A stretch of 62,503 bases of DNA, the filler included, from Asterionella formosa (Eukaryota): assembly GCA_002256025.1 (NCBI GenBank). It is 20 parts of 20 records of this genome, joined end to end, with 100 filler letters (N's around TTAATTAATTAA, not from the genome) between each part and the next. Parts side by side here need not be neighbours in the genome. Positions count along the whole stretch, not along the records: positions 49,853 to 51,574 come from NKIB01001387.1; positions 51,675 to 53,396 come from NKIB01001388.1; positions 53,497 to 55,218 come from NKIB01001390.1; positions 55,319 to 57,040 come from NKIB01001391.1; positions 57,141 to 58,861 come from NKIB01001392.1; positions 58,962 to 60,682 come from NKIB01001393.1; 14 more parts are not named here. One strand, given 5' to 3'. Made by a program: the position numbers and the translations under genes. The notes beneath the pieces are model-generated. The model was not told where the DNA came from and did not search any database. It saw only the letters and a list, made by a program, of their open reading frames with translations. Each line of letters opens with the position of its first letter. Position 1 is the stretch's first letter. Below are positions 49,853-60,782 of this stretch, piece by piece.

Positions 49853-51505
49853 ACGATTGCTGAATCAGGAGGTATAACTACGATTCTGTCTGCAATGAAG
49901 ACTCATTCCTCAAATGCTAATGTACAAAACTATGGTTGTGGAGCACTTTTTTACTTGGCTTTGAATGACAATAACAAGGTCACGATTGCCGATGCAGGAG
50001 GTATCACTGCGATTCTGTCTGCAATGATTACTCATTCCTCCAATGATGACGTGCAACACTTGATGAAGACTCATTCCTCAAATGCTAATGTACAACAGTA
50101 TGGTTGTAGAGCACTTGGGACCTTGGCTACTAATAATAAAAGGATCAAGCTGATAATTGCCGATGCTGGTGGAGAAGATGTAATTAAATCTGCTATTCGA
50201 AATCACTCATCCAATGCTGGTGTCTCTGAAAAAGGTAATGAAGCACTTCGTATCTTTCAACCAGTCTCAACAACATCCAAGAGATCGCAGCTTCCCTCCT
50301 TTACTACTCCAACACCAAGCATTAGTAATTCAACTGATCTCATTTCTGAAGGTCAATCGAAAATGAAGGAAGCAATGGACAATGAGAATTCAAGACCAAT
50401 TGAGCTTTCTGTTGAATTCATTACTTATTGTACAAACAACTTTGATGAAGACAGAAAACTTGGTCAAGGAGCTTTTGGTGCTGTCTACAAAGGCAAGGAT
50501 GACAATCTGTATTTTGCTGTTAAACGCATTCGTTTCAATATTGCTGTTGAGAAAGATAAGTTGAAGGAAGTTACCAATGGTTTTAAAAGAGAATTGCAGG
50601 TGAGTTCATTTGTGTATCAAATATTGCATTTTGTTTCAAGTCTTTATGTTTCTCATTCCACTGTCATACTGTTTCAGGCATTGAAGAGGTTCCGACACCC
50701 CAATATTGTAACTTTGTATGGCTATCATTTGTCCTCTGGTTCGCCTAATCAATACCTTGTGTTTGAGTATGCATCCAAGGGTTCTCTTGATAAATTTTAT
50801 GAGAATGAAGAAAGCCGAGCAACTCTCTCAAGTGAGATCAGACTTCGAATCATGTTCGACATTATTCGTGCCATCCACTTCCTTCATACTGGTACAGAGG
50901 ACAACCTCGGTCTGTTTCATCGTGATATCAAGTCAGCTAATATCTGCCTTGATCAGAACTATACTGCCAAGCTGATTGATTATGGTCTAGCCAAATTTGT
51001 TCTTGTGGATGACTTTGATGAAACCAGTGCAAATTCTTTTTCAGTTCAGATCACATCAAATGGTGGAATCTTTGGGTCACGTGGCTACATATGTCCATGG
51101 TATTCTAGGGGAGGTAAAAAATTTGAAGCATCATGTGATGTTTTCTCATTTGGCATTGTCATGATTGAGCTTGTGACAGGCTGCCTTCAAAATGATAAGA
51201 CAATGTTGGGAGATTTCTATGAACGATACTTCCCAGATGAATTTGAAGGAAATATTAATGAGGCATTGGAGTTTGCAATTCTAAAACTGGTAGAAGATTT
51301 TGATCCTCTAGCAAAGAATTGGGATGATGGAATTCTGGCCTCGGTGTGTACATTAGCCATTCGTTGCATTCAGAAAAATCGCATTAAGAGGCCAACAACT
51401 ATTAAATTGGTTGAAGAGTTGGGTCAAGTTGTAAGTGCAACAGATCATAATGTGGGATGTGAATCGTCACAATTGAGAATTGCCTTAAACAAACATAAGG
51501 GTTAG
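49853..51505 (+). CDS. Armadillo-repeat plus IRAK/Pelle-like protein kinase, 5' partial; intron 50600-50677
   Basis: ARM repeats (AMKTHSSNANVQ.YGC.AL..LA), then TNNFDEDRKLGQGAFGAVYKG, FAVK, HPNIV, HRDIKSAN, DYG, GSRGYICP, DVFSFG and RPT. In-frame 78-nt GTGAGT...TTTCAG intron. Confidence 0.9.
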   Translation, partial: TIAESGGITTILSAMKTHSSNANVQNYGCGALFYLALNDNNKVTIADAGGITAILSAMITHSSNDDVQHLMKTHSSNANVQQYGCRALGTLATNNKRIKLIIADAGGEDVIKSAIRNHSSNAGVSEKGNEALRIFQPVSTTSKRSQLPSFTTPTPSISNSTDLISEGQSKMKEAMDNENSRPIELSVEFITYCTNNFDEDRKLGQGAFGAVYKGKDDNLYFAVKRIRFNIAVEKDKLKEVTNGFKRELQVSSFVYQILHFVSSLYVSHSTVILFQALKRFRHPNIVTLYGYHLSSGSPNQYLVFEYASKGSLDKFYENEESRATLSSEIRLRIMFDIIRAIHFLHTGTEDNLGLFHRDIKSANICLDQNYTAKLIDYGLAKFVLVDDFDETSANSFSVQITSNGGIFGSRGYICPWYSRGGKKFEASCDVFSFGIVMIELVTGCLQNDKTMLGDFYERYFPDEFEGNINEALEFAILKLVEDFDPLAKNWDDGILASVCTLAIRCIQKNRIKRPTTIKLVEELGQVVSATDHNVGCESSQLRIALNKHKG

Positions 51506-51574
51506 GGAAAAGGGTTAGGGTTAGGGTTAGGGTTAGGGTTAGGGTTAGGGTTAGGGTTAGGGTTAGGGTTAGGG
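51502..51574 (+). repeat. Telomeric repeat (TTAGGG)n at a contig end
   Basis: One TTAGGG, AAAAGGG, then 10 perfect TTAGGG up to the spacer. The G-rich strand runs 5' to 3' toward the end. Confidence 0.92.
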
Positions 51575-51674
51575 NNNNNNNNNNNNNNNNNNNNNNNNNN
51601 NNNNNNNNNNNNNNNNNNTTAATTAATTAANNNNNNNNNNNNNNNNNNNNNNNNNNNNNNNNNNNNNNNNNNNN

Positions 51675-53396
51675 CAGGATTTTTGACTGGACTAGAAATA
51701 TTGTTAAGCAAAGCTGGTGGAGTTGGGACCACAGCTTCTTTGGCCTTTACAATGTTCTTTTCCTTGGAAGAAACCAAGGTTTCTTGCTCGATGTTTTTAC
51801 GCCCCTCATTGTTAATGTTGGTCAAAGGTGGTGAAGGTAGGACCTGAACATCAACAATTCTCTTGGAGTCAAACCTGTTGGAAACGCCAAAAGTAGGGTC
51901 TTGAAAACTGTGCATCCACTTTGCACTCTCTCTCACACCCTTGTTCCCAGTGAGAGGCGACTTGCTATTATTTTTCGTCAAATCTTCATTTGACGATGGG
52001 GACAATACTCGTTCCGCATACTGCAAGCACTCCTGACGAAACTGGTGGTAGGCTGCATCAGCCTGATAGAGCAAGCTTGAAATATTTGCTGTGTTAGTGA
52101 CACCCTTGAAACTGCCTTGAGAGCTGAGCCTTTGAGTGGTGATTTTTTGGCGTGAAGCAAGAATTCCTGCTAGGTCAAATTGTTTCGACCTTATCCCATG
52201 GTGGGACAGGATGAGTTCCAGCTTGATCACATTCTGGTTACTTTTGTCGAAATTGACAACAGAAGGTCGTTCAGGATTGACACAATGGAGGAGGTCATTC
52301 TTTGAGGCAGTTGCCTTTGACTCACTACTATCATCATCTGTTAGACTAATCACATCATTGTCCTTGGAAGAAATTCGTGATTTCTTGGAAATAGAACTAG
52401 AAGGGGGCCAGGTAGCCTTCGATCGTTTCTTGATTATTGGCACAGCAACTTGTTGGGACTCCGGTTTGGAGACCAATTTGCTGGAGGTGGCAGCTGATTT
52501 GGAATCCGGTTTGGATACTTTTTTCCTGTTTATGGCAGCTGGTTTAGAGTCTGGTTTCGATACTTTTTTGCTGGGAATCGCGGCTGGTTTGCAGTCCGAT
52601 TCAGATTCTTCGTAAGGATTAGTTACAGGCATTGATGCAACATCTCGGCTCCTGGCTGTTGACTTCGCAGCGTTGTAAGCACCTGCCTTGGATGTGATGG
52701 CTTTGGTAGCATCATGCTTGGGAGTAGCCTTGGCAGAAGGCTTGAGTGCAACAGCTTTTGCAGCAACAGCTCTTGGAAGAGTCTTCATCCTCGTCTTTGC
52801 AGCTTTCTTTGGAACACTCTTCTGCAACACTCGGGATTGGGCCTGTGTTGATCCTGCTGTAACTATAGAAGCAGCCTTTTGCAAAGTGCCTCTCCTCGCA
52901 CGCTTTCCGAGCGCATAAGAAGGCGCTTCCAAGCGGGCATACTCTGATCTGATAGCTGCCTTCGCATTCATCACCTCTGTCAGGCGATGAATGCAAAAAT
53001 AGAAATGTGTGAATGAATAAATGAATATGAATACAGCATATAAAGTAAACGAACATACCTTTTGGTTGCTTGTAGATGAAACCCCCAATGGGAAGAAACA
53101 TCGAGTACACATAGGCTTGCTCTTCCAATTGATGATCAAGAAGATCATAATGAGTGGCTGAAAGAAGACTCCCAGTTATATTTGTTCGCAAACGCACGAT
53201 AGGAAAGGTCTCGAAATTTGCTGGTTCTGGCATATCAGGTCCATAATTGTATGAATCAACATCGCCATCGTTCTTGTTCCTCTCATCATGAAGAAGGTTT
53301 TCAAGAGGATGATTGATCCTGTCCATCCAAGGAATAGGATTGCAGTGTACAAATCCCAAGGATTTATACCACTCAACCGCATTGCCCAGCACCTGC
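51675..53396 (-). CDS. Partial two-exon gene with a GNAT-like motif and a Lys/Ala-rich tail, copy A
   Basis: Reverse complement of 55319-57040, apart from a few substitutions. Confidence 0.6.
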
Positions 53397-53496
53397 NNNN
53401 NNNNNNNNNNNNNNNNNNNNNNNNNNNNNNNNNNNNNNNNTTAATTAATTAANNNNNNNNNNNNNNNNNNNNNNNNNNNNNNNNNNNNNNNNNNNN

Positions 53497-55218
53497 CAGG
53501 ATTTTTGACTGGACTAGAAATATTGTTAAGCAAAGCTGATGGAGTTGGGACCACAGCTTCTTTGGCCTTTACAATGTTCTTTTCCTTGGAAGAAATCAAG
53601 GTTTCTTGCTCGATGTTTTTACGCCCCTCATTGTTAATGTTGGTCAAAGGTGGTGAAGGTAGGACCCGAACATCAACAATTCTCTTGGAGTCAAACCTGT
53701 TGGAAACGCCAAAAGTAGGGTCTTGAAAACTGTGCATCCACTTTGCACTCTCTTTCACACCCTTGTTCCCAGTGAGAGGCGACTTGCTATTATTTTTCGT
53801 CAAATCTTCATTTGACGATGGGGACAACACTCGTTCCGCATACTGCAAGCACTCCTGACGAAATTGGTGGTAGGCTGCATCAGCCTGATAGAGCAAGCTT
53901 GAAATATTTGCTGTGTTAGTGACACCCTTGAAACTGCCTTGAGAGCTGAGCCTTTGAGTGGTGATTGCTTGGCGTGAAGCAAGAATTCCTGCTAGGTCAA
54001 ATTGTTTCGACCTTATCCCATGGTGGGACAGGATGAGTTCCAGCTTGATCACATTCTGGTTACTTTTGTCGAAATTGACAACAGAAGGTCGTTCAGGATT
54101 GACACAATGGAGGAGGTCATTCTTTGAGGCAGTTGCCTTTGACTCACTACTATCATCATCTGTTAGACTAATCACATCATTGTCCTTGGAAGAAATTCGT
54201 GATTTCTTGGAAATAGAACTAGAAGGGGGCCAGGTAGCCTTCGATCGTTTCTTGATTATTGGCACAGCAACTTGTTGGGACTCCGGTTTGGAGACCAATT
54301 TGCTGGAGGTGGCAGCTGATTTGGAATCCGGTTTGGATACTTTTTTCCTGTTTATGGCAGCTGGTTTAGAGTCTGGTTTCGATACTTTTTTGCTGGGAAT
54401 CGCGGCTGGTTTGCAGTCCGATTCAGATTCTTCGTAAGGATTAGTTACAGGCATTGATGCAACATCTCGGCTCCTGGCTGTTGACTTCGCAGCGTTGTAA
54501 GCACCTGCCTTGGATGTGATGGCTTTGGTAGCATCATGCTTGGGAGTAGCCTTGGCAGAAGGCTTGAGTGCAACAGCTTTTGCAGCAACAGCTCTTGGAA
54601 GAGTCTTCATCCTCGTCTTTGCAGCTTTCTTTGGAACACTCTTCTGCAACACTCGGGATTGGGCCTGTGTTGATCCTGCTGTAACTATAGAAGCAGCCTT
54701 TTGCAAAGTGCCTCTCCTCGCACGCTTTCCGAGCGCATAAGAAGGCGCTTCCAAGCGGGCATACTCTGATCTGATAGCTGCCTTCGCATTCATCACCTCT
54801 GTCAGGCGATGAATGCAAAAATAGAAATGTGTGAATGAATAAATGAATATGAATACAGCATATAAAGTAAACGAACATACCTTTTGGTTGCTTGTAGATG
54901 AAACCCCCAATGGGAAGAAACATCGAGTACACATAGGCTTGCTCTTCCAATTGATGATCAAGAAGATCATAATGAGTGGCTGAAAGAAGACTCCCAGTTA
55001 TATTTGTTCGCAAACGCACGATAGGAAAGGTCTCGAAATTTGCTGGTTCTGGCATATCAGGTCCATAATTGTATGAATCAACATCGCCATCGTTCTTGTT
55101 CCTCTCATCATGAAGAAGGTTTTCAAGAGGATGATTGATCCTGTCCATCCAAGGAATAGGATTGCAGTGTACAAATCCCAAGGATTTATACCACTCAACC
55201 GCATTGCCCAGCACCTGC
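53497..55218 (-). CDS. Partial two-exon gene with a GNAT-like motif and a Lys/Ala-rich tail, copy B
   Basis: Same length and endpoints as copies A and C, with distinct substitutions. Confidence 0.6.
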
Positions 55219-55318
55219 NNNNNNNNNNNNNNNNNNNNNNNNNNNNNNNNNNNNNNNNNNNNTTAATTAATTAANNNNNNNNNNNNNNNNNNNNNNNNNN
55301 NNNNNNNNNNNNNNNNNN

Positions 55319-57040
55319 GCAGGTGCTGGGCAATGCGGTTGAGTGGTATAAATCCTTGGGATTTGTACACTGCAATCCTATTCCTTGGATGGACAGGATC
55401 AATCATCCTCTTGAAAACCTTCTTCATGATGAGAGGAACAAGAACGATGGCGATGTTGATTCATACAATTATGGACCTGATATGCCAGAACCAGCAAATT
55501 TCGAGACCTTTCCTATCGTGCGTTTGCGAACAAATATAACTGGGAGTCTTCTTTCAGCCACTCATTATGATCTTCTTGATCATCAATTGGAAGAGCAAGC
55601 CTATGTGTACTCGATGTTTCTTCCCATTGGGGGTTTCATCTACAAGCAACCAAAAGGTATGTTCGTTTACTTTATATGCTGTATTCATATTCATTTATTC
55701 ATTCACACATTTCTATTTTTGCATTCATCGCCTGACAGAGGTGATGAATGCGAAGGCAGCTATCAGATCAGAGTATGCCCGCTTGGAAGCGCCTTCTTAT
55801 GCGCTCGGAAAGCGTGCGAGGAGAGGCACTTTGCAAAAGGCTGCTTCTATAGTTACAGCAGGATCAACACAGGCCCAATCCCGAGTGTTGCAGAAGAGTG
55901 TTCCAAAGAAAGCTGCAAAGACGAGGATGAAGACTCTTCCAAGAGCTGTTGCTGCAAAAGCTGTTGCACTCAAGCCTTCTGCCAAGGCTACTCCCAAGCA
56001 TGATGCTACCAAAGCCATCACATCCAAGGCAGGTGCTTACAACGCTGCGAAGTCAACAGCCAGGAGCCGAGATGTTGCATCAATGCCTGTAACTAATCCT
56101 TACGAAGAATCTGAATCGGACTGCAAACCAGCCGCGATTCCCAGCAAAAAAGTATCGAAACCAGACTCTAAACCAGCTGCCATAAAGAGGAAAAAAGTAT
56201 CCAAACCGGATTCCAAATCAGCTGCCACCTCCAGCAAATTGGTCTCCAAAGCGGAGTCCCAACAAGTTGCTGTGCCAATAATCAAGAAACGATCGAAGGC
56301 TACCTGGCCCCCTTCTAGTTCTATTTCCAAGAAATCACGAATTTCTTCCAAGGACAATGATGTGATTAGTCTAACAGATGATGATAGTAGTGAGTCAAAG
56401 GCAACTGCCTCAAAGAATGACCTCCTCCATTGTGTCAATCCTGAACGACCTTCTGTTGTCAATTTCGACAAAAGTAACCAGAATGTGATCAAGCTGGAAC
56501 TCATCCTGTCCCACCATGGGATAAGGTCGAAACAATTTGACCTAGCAGGAATTCTTGCTTCACGCCGAGCAATCACCACTCAAAGGCTCAGCTCTCAAGG
56601 CAGTTTCAAGGGTGTCACTAACACAGCAAATATTTCAAGCTTGCTCTATCAGGCTGATGCAGCCTACCACCAATTTCGTCAGGAGTGCTTGCAGTATGCG
56701 GAACGAGTGTTGTCCCCATCGTCAAATGAAGATTTGACGAAAAATAATAGCAAGTCGCCTCTCACTGGGAACAAGGGTGTGAAAGAGAGTGCAAAGTGGA
56801 TGCACAGTTTTCAAGACCCTACTTTTGGCGTTTCCAACAGGTTTGACTCCAAGAGAATTGTTGATGTTCAGGTCCTACCTGAACCACCTTTGACCAACAT
56901 TAACAATGAGGGACGTAAAAACATCGAGCAAGAAACCTTGATTTCTTCCAAGGAAAAGAACATTGTAAAGGCCAAAGAAGCTGTGGTCCCAACTCCACCA
57001 GCTTTGCTTAACAATATTTCTAGTCCAGTCAAAAATCCTG
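55319..57040 (+). CDS. Partial two-exon gene with a GNAT-like motif and a Lys/Ala-rich tail, copy C; intron 55657-55738
   Basis: QVLGNAVEWYKSLGF resembles GNAT motif B. A phase-1 GTATGT...CAG intron joins ORF 55323 to ORF 55567 in frame. DSKPAA repeats; frame open to the contig end. Confidence 0.6.
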
Positions 57041-57616
57041 NNNNNNNNNNNNNNNNNNNNNNNNNNNNNNNNNNNNNNNNNNNNTTAATTAATTAANNNN
57101 NNNNNNNNNNNNNNNNNNNNNNNNNNNNNNNNNNNNNNNNTCATATGATGATTATTTTTGCTTTTGCTGCCGCCACCTATCGTTCAGGACGATCTGCTAA
57201 TCATGTGGTGTGTCAATGCTGTTGGTAATGGCTAATTATTGCAGGTATATAAATCACCATTCTTTATTTGGAAGCCTACCGTACATAAAGAATGTGCGGA
57301 AATAGAAACATCTATGTTTCTTCTAATGTAGAAATGTCATTTATTATGCATGCAGTACTGTTAGATAGACTCCACATACGGGAGGGCAGTACCTGGTACC
57401 AACTATGAAAAGATGTAATGTAGCAGACCAAAGGGCGGAACAATACATCGTCTAACCGTACTACCGGTACATACCGGTAACAGGTACCAGGGTACCACTA
57501 TGTAGTCAAAGATATCAGATGACATGTGCCAGGATATCTTATCTAAACATGTAGTAACACAAAGCAAGATGCAATAAATAGAAAGATGATGAGAATTGCA
57601 GATTCCCATCTTACCC

Positions 57617-58861
57617 CTGCAGCCAAGGACTCGAGCCTACCAAACCTATATATCAATGCCTTTGAATAAAACATCAACAAAAAAGTTTCGTCAACTCGTC
57701 CTTTTGAACTGGCTTAAATATTGCCATTGGGTGGACACCGCCCTGACTGCTTAGGTATAGCAAAATTCCAATGCTACTCCTTGACAAGTTTCAATATTCT
57801 AGATGCATTCAATGGATCAGTCCCTCAAGATTTCTAATTACTGATGACATAATAGTGGTCCATATGTGTTATGCACAGAATGCTGCTAGGGTTAGAGAAA
57901 ATATGTAGGCAAGATTGGACTCTTGATAATTTTTACTGATCTACCGGTATATTTGTTGAACAATACTTTTTTCCTTTGGAGATGTAGCCCCTTGATGTTT
58001 TGGAACTAGAGTCACAGGGTTCTGTCCTCTATTGCTATGGGTTTTTCTCCCCATGTGATTTGAGACTCTATGACTGGATTTCTTGTTGTTGCCTGTATCT
58101 TTGATTGTAACCTTTGGCTGGTTTTCTTGCTCTAATGGAGAGGGATTGGTTGCATTGGAACAAACATAACATTATTGCAATGGTTTCGCTGAATTTTGCA
58201 ATCTAACAACCACTTTTGCCTGTTATTTCGTTGAACAGGGTACATAGATTTGAGCAACAATACGATTTTGGAACTACCTTCAAGCTTCAATAAGCTTTCA
58301 AATCTAGGTGAGTGACAAGGATATCGGAAAACAGTTTTGAAGATTTTTCTAAATCAAAACCTTTTTTTATGGCTATTTCTATAGAGTACTTCAATTGCAA
58401 ACCTTTTTTTTTACTTCAATTGCTCATCTAATATAATTGCGCAGCTACCACCCATCTCTGAATCTATGACTAATCTTTGTAAGTGCTCCTTATGGTTAGG
58501 GTTAGGGTTATTTTATTGTGAATCAACGGAATACCATCTTATTCGGTACTATCCTCCAATGAGTTGAGTGGTTCATAGGTATGGATTGCTCCAATATTGA
58601 TGAAGTTATTGACAAATCAGTAGTGGTAACAATCACCACCGTGTAGGGTGTAGGTGAAAAACCCGTGCTGTGACATGTAAATGTTGAGTAGCATTGATCC
58701 ATTGTGAATCAACGGAATACCATCTTATTCGGTACTGCAGCCAAGGACTCGAGCCTACCAAACCTATATATCAATGCCTTTGAATAAAACATCAACAAAA
58801 AAGTTTCGTCAACTCGTCCTTTTGAACTGGCTTAAATATTGCCATTGGGTGGACACCGCCC
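57617..58861. repeat. Direct repeats: 127 bp (57617-57743 and 58735-58861) and about 35 bp (near 58516 and 58701)
   Basis: Identical CTGCAGCCAAGGACTCGAG...GGACACCGCCC copies containing TATATA and AATAAA. A short TTAGGG run at 58495-58510. Confidence 0.75.
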
Positions 58862-58961
58862 NNNNNNNNNNNNNNNNNNNNNNNNNNNNNNNNNNNNNNN
58901 NNNNNTTAATTAATTAANNNNNNNNNNNNNNNNNNNNNNNNNNNNNNNNNNNNNNNNNNNN

Positions 58962-60682
58962 GCCTCCGGATGTGTAAATTTTCGGATGCTTGTGGACTGA
59001 TCATCAGTGCTGTGGCAACAAAAAATACAAACCATCTTTCTCCACCAATTTAATTCTAATTTTTATCAATCATAGTATTCGATGAACACGACATCAATGG
59101 CTTCATAATGAATGTCGATATACTAAGAACGAACATATTTTGATCAAATTGTTCATCAGGATGTGAAATAAAATTTTCGGTGCTTGTGGACTGATTGTAA
59201 TTGCTGTGGCAACAAAAATTCATAACCATCTTGGTTGCTCCACCATTTTAAGGCTGATTTCTATCTAGAAAAGTATTCGATGTACACGAGGTCAATGCCG
59301 ACATATATTGATCAAATTGGTCATCAGGATGCGTACAATTTCGGTTCTTGTGGACTGCTGCATGACCAGTATTCCAAACCAGCCATCTTTCTCCACCAAT
59401 TTAAGACCGATCTATCAAGCAAAGTATTCGATGTAGAGGAGATCAAAGTTTTCATGGACAATGTCGATATTCTCAGAGTGAACATATATTGATCAATGGA
59501 GCCATCAGGATGAGTAAAATTTTCGGATGCTTGTGATCAGTGGCTGCTGTGGCAACAAGAATTCCAAACCTCCTTTCTCCAACCAGCAATTTAAAGCCGA
59601 TTTTTATCAAACATAGTATTCGATGTACAAAAGATCAATGCTGTCATTTCGAATGTCGATGTTCTCAGAACAGACATATATTGATCAAAGGAGACATCAG
59701 GATGTGTAAATTCACTGTGCTTGTGGACTGATCATTAGCCAGTGCAGTAGAAACAAAAATTCCAAACCATCTTTCTCCACCAATATAAGGCCGATTTATA
59801 TCCAGCATAGTATTCGATGTACACGAGATCAGTGCCGTCATTTCGAATATCGATATTCTCAGAACGAACATATATTGATCAAATTGGTCATCAAGATGTG
59901 TAAAATTTCGGTTCTTGTGGACTGCTGCATGACCAGTATTCCAAACCAGCCATCTTTCTCCACCAATTTAAGACCAATTTCTATCAAGCAAAGTTTTCGA
60001 TGTACACGAGATCAAAATCGTCATGGCAAATATCGATATTCTCAGAATGAACATATATTGATCAAATTGGTCATCGGGAAGGTTTGTAAAATCTCGGTGC
60101 TTGCCTTGCTGTGGACTGAACATCCGTGCTGTCATTACAAACATTCCAAACCATCTTTCTCCACCAATATAAGGCCGATTTATATCCAGCATAGTATTCG
60201 ATGTACACGAGATCAGTGCCGTCATTTCGAATATCGATATTCTCAGAACGAACATATATTGATCAATGCTGGAGGCATGAGGATGTGTAAATTTTCGGAT
60301 GCTTGTGGACTGATCATAAGAGCTGTGGCATCAAAAATTCCAAACCATCTTTCTCCACCAATATAAGGCCGATTTTTATCCAGCAAAGTATTCTATTTAC
60401 ACGAGATCAGTGCCTTCATTTCGAATATCGATATTCTCAGAACGAACATATATTGATCAAATTGGTCATTAGGATGTGTAATATTTCAGTTCTTGTGGGC
60501 TGCTGCATGACCAGTATTCCAAACCATCTTTCTCCACCAATTTAAGGCCGATTTATATCCAGCATAGTATTCGATGTACACGAGAGCATTGCCGGCATTT
60601 CGAATATCGATTTTCTCAGAATGAACATATATTGATTCAATTGGTCATCAGGATATGAAATAAATATTCGTTGCTTGTGGAC
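58962..60682. repeat. Satellite DNA, ~190-bp monomer, about 9 units filling the contig
   Basis: GATGTGTAAA-type anchors at about 58969, 59160, 59328, 59509, 59701, 59895, 60080, 60282, 60473 and 60652. CCATCTTTCTCCACCAAT and GAACATATATTGATCAA recur. Confidence 0.92.
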
Positions 60683-60782
60683 NNNNNNNNNNNNNNNNNN
60701 NNNNNNNNNNNNNNNNNNNNNNNNNNTTAATTAATTAANNNNNNNNNNNNNNNNNNNNNNNNNNNNNNNNNNNNNNNNNNNN

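Noticed and set aside
58962..60682. Repetitive ORFs (for example 59875-60366) or a CRISPR-like array
   Set aside because: Monomers vary by non-triplet indels and are homologous along their whole length, so this is a noncoding satellite.
27864..60782. Regularly spaced TTAATTAATTAA motifs about every 1.82 kb, and ORFs ending XXX-LIN
   Set aside because: Artificial N-padded linkers between length-sorted contigs. Adjacency across them has no biological meaning.
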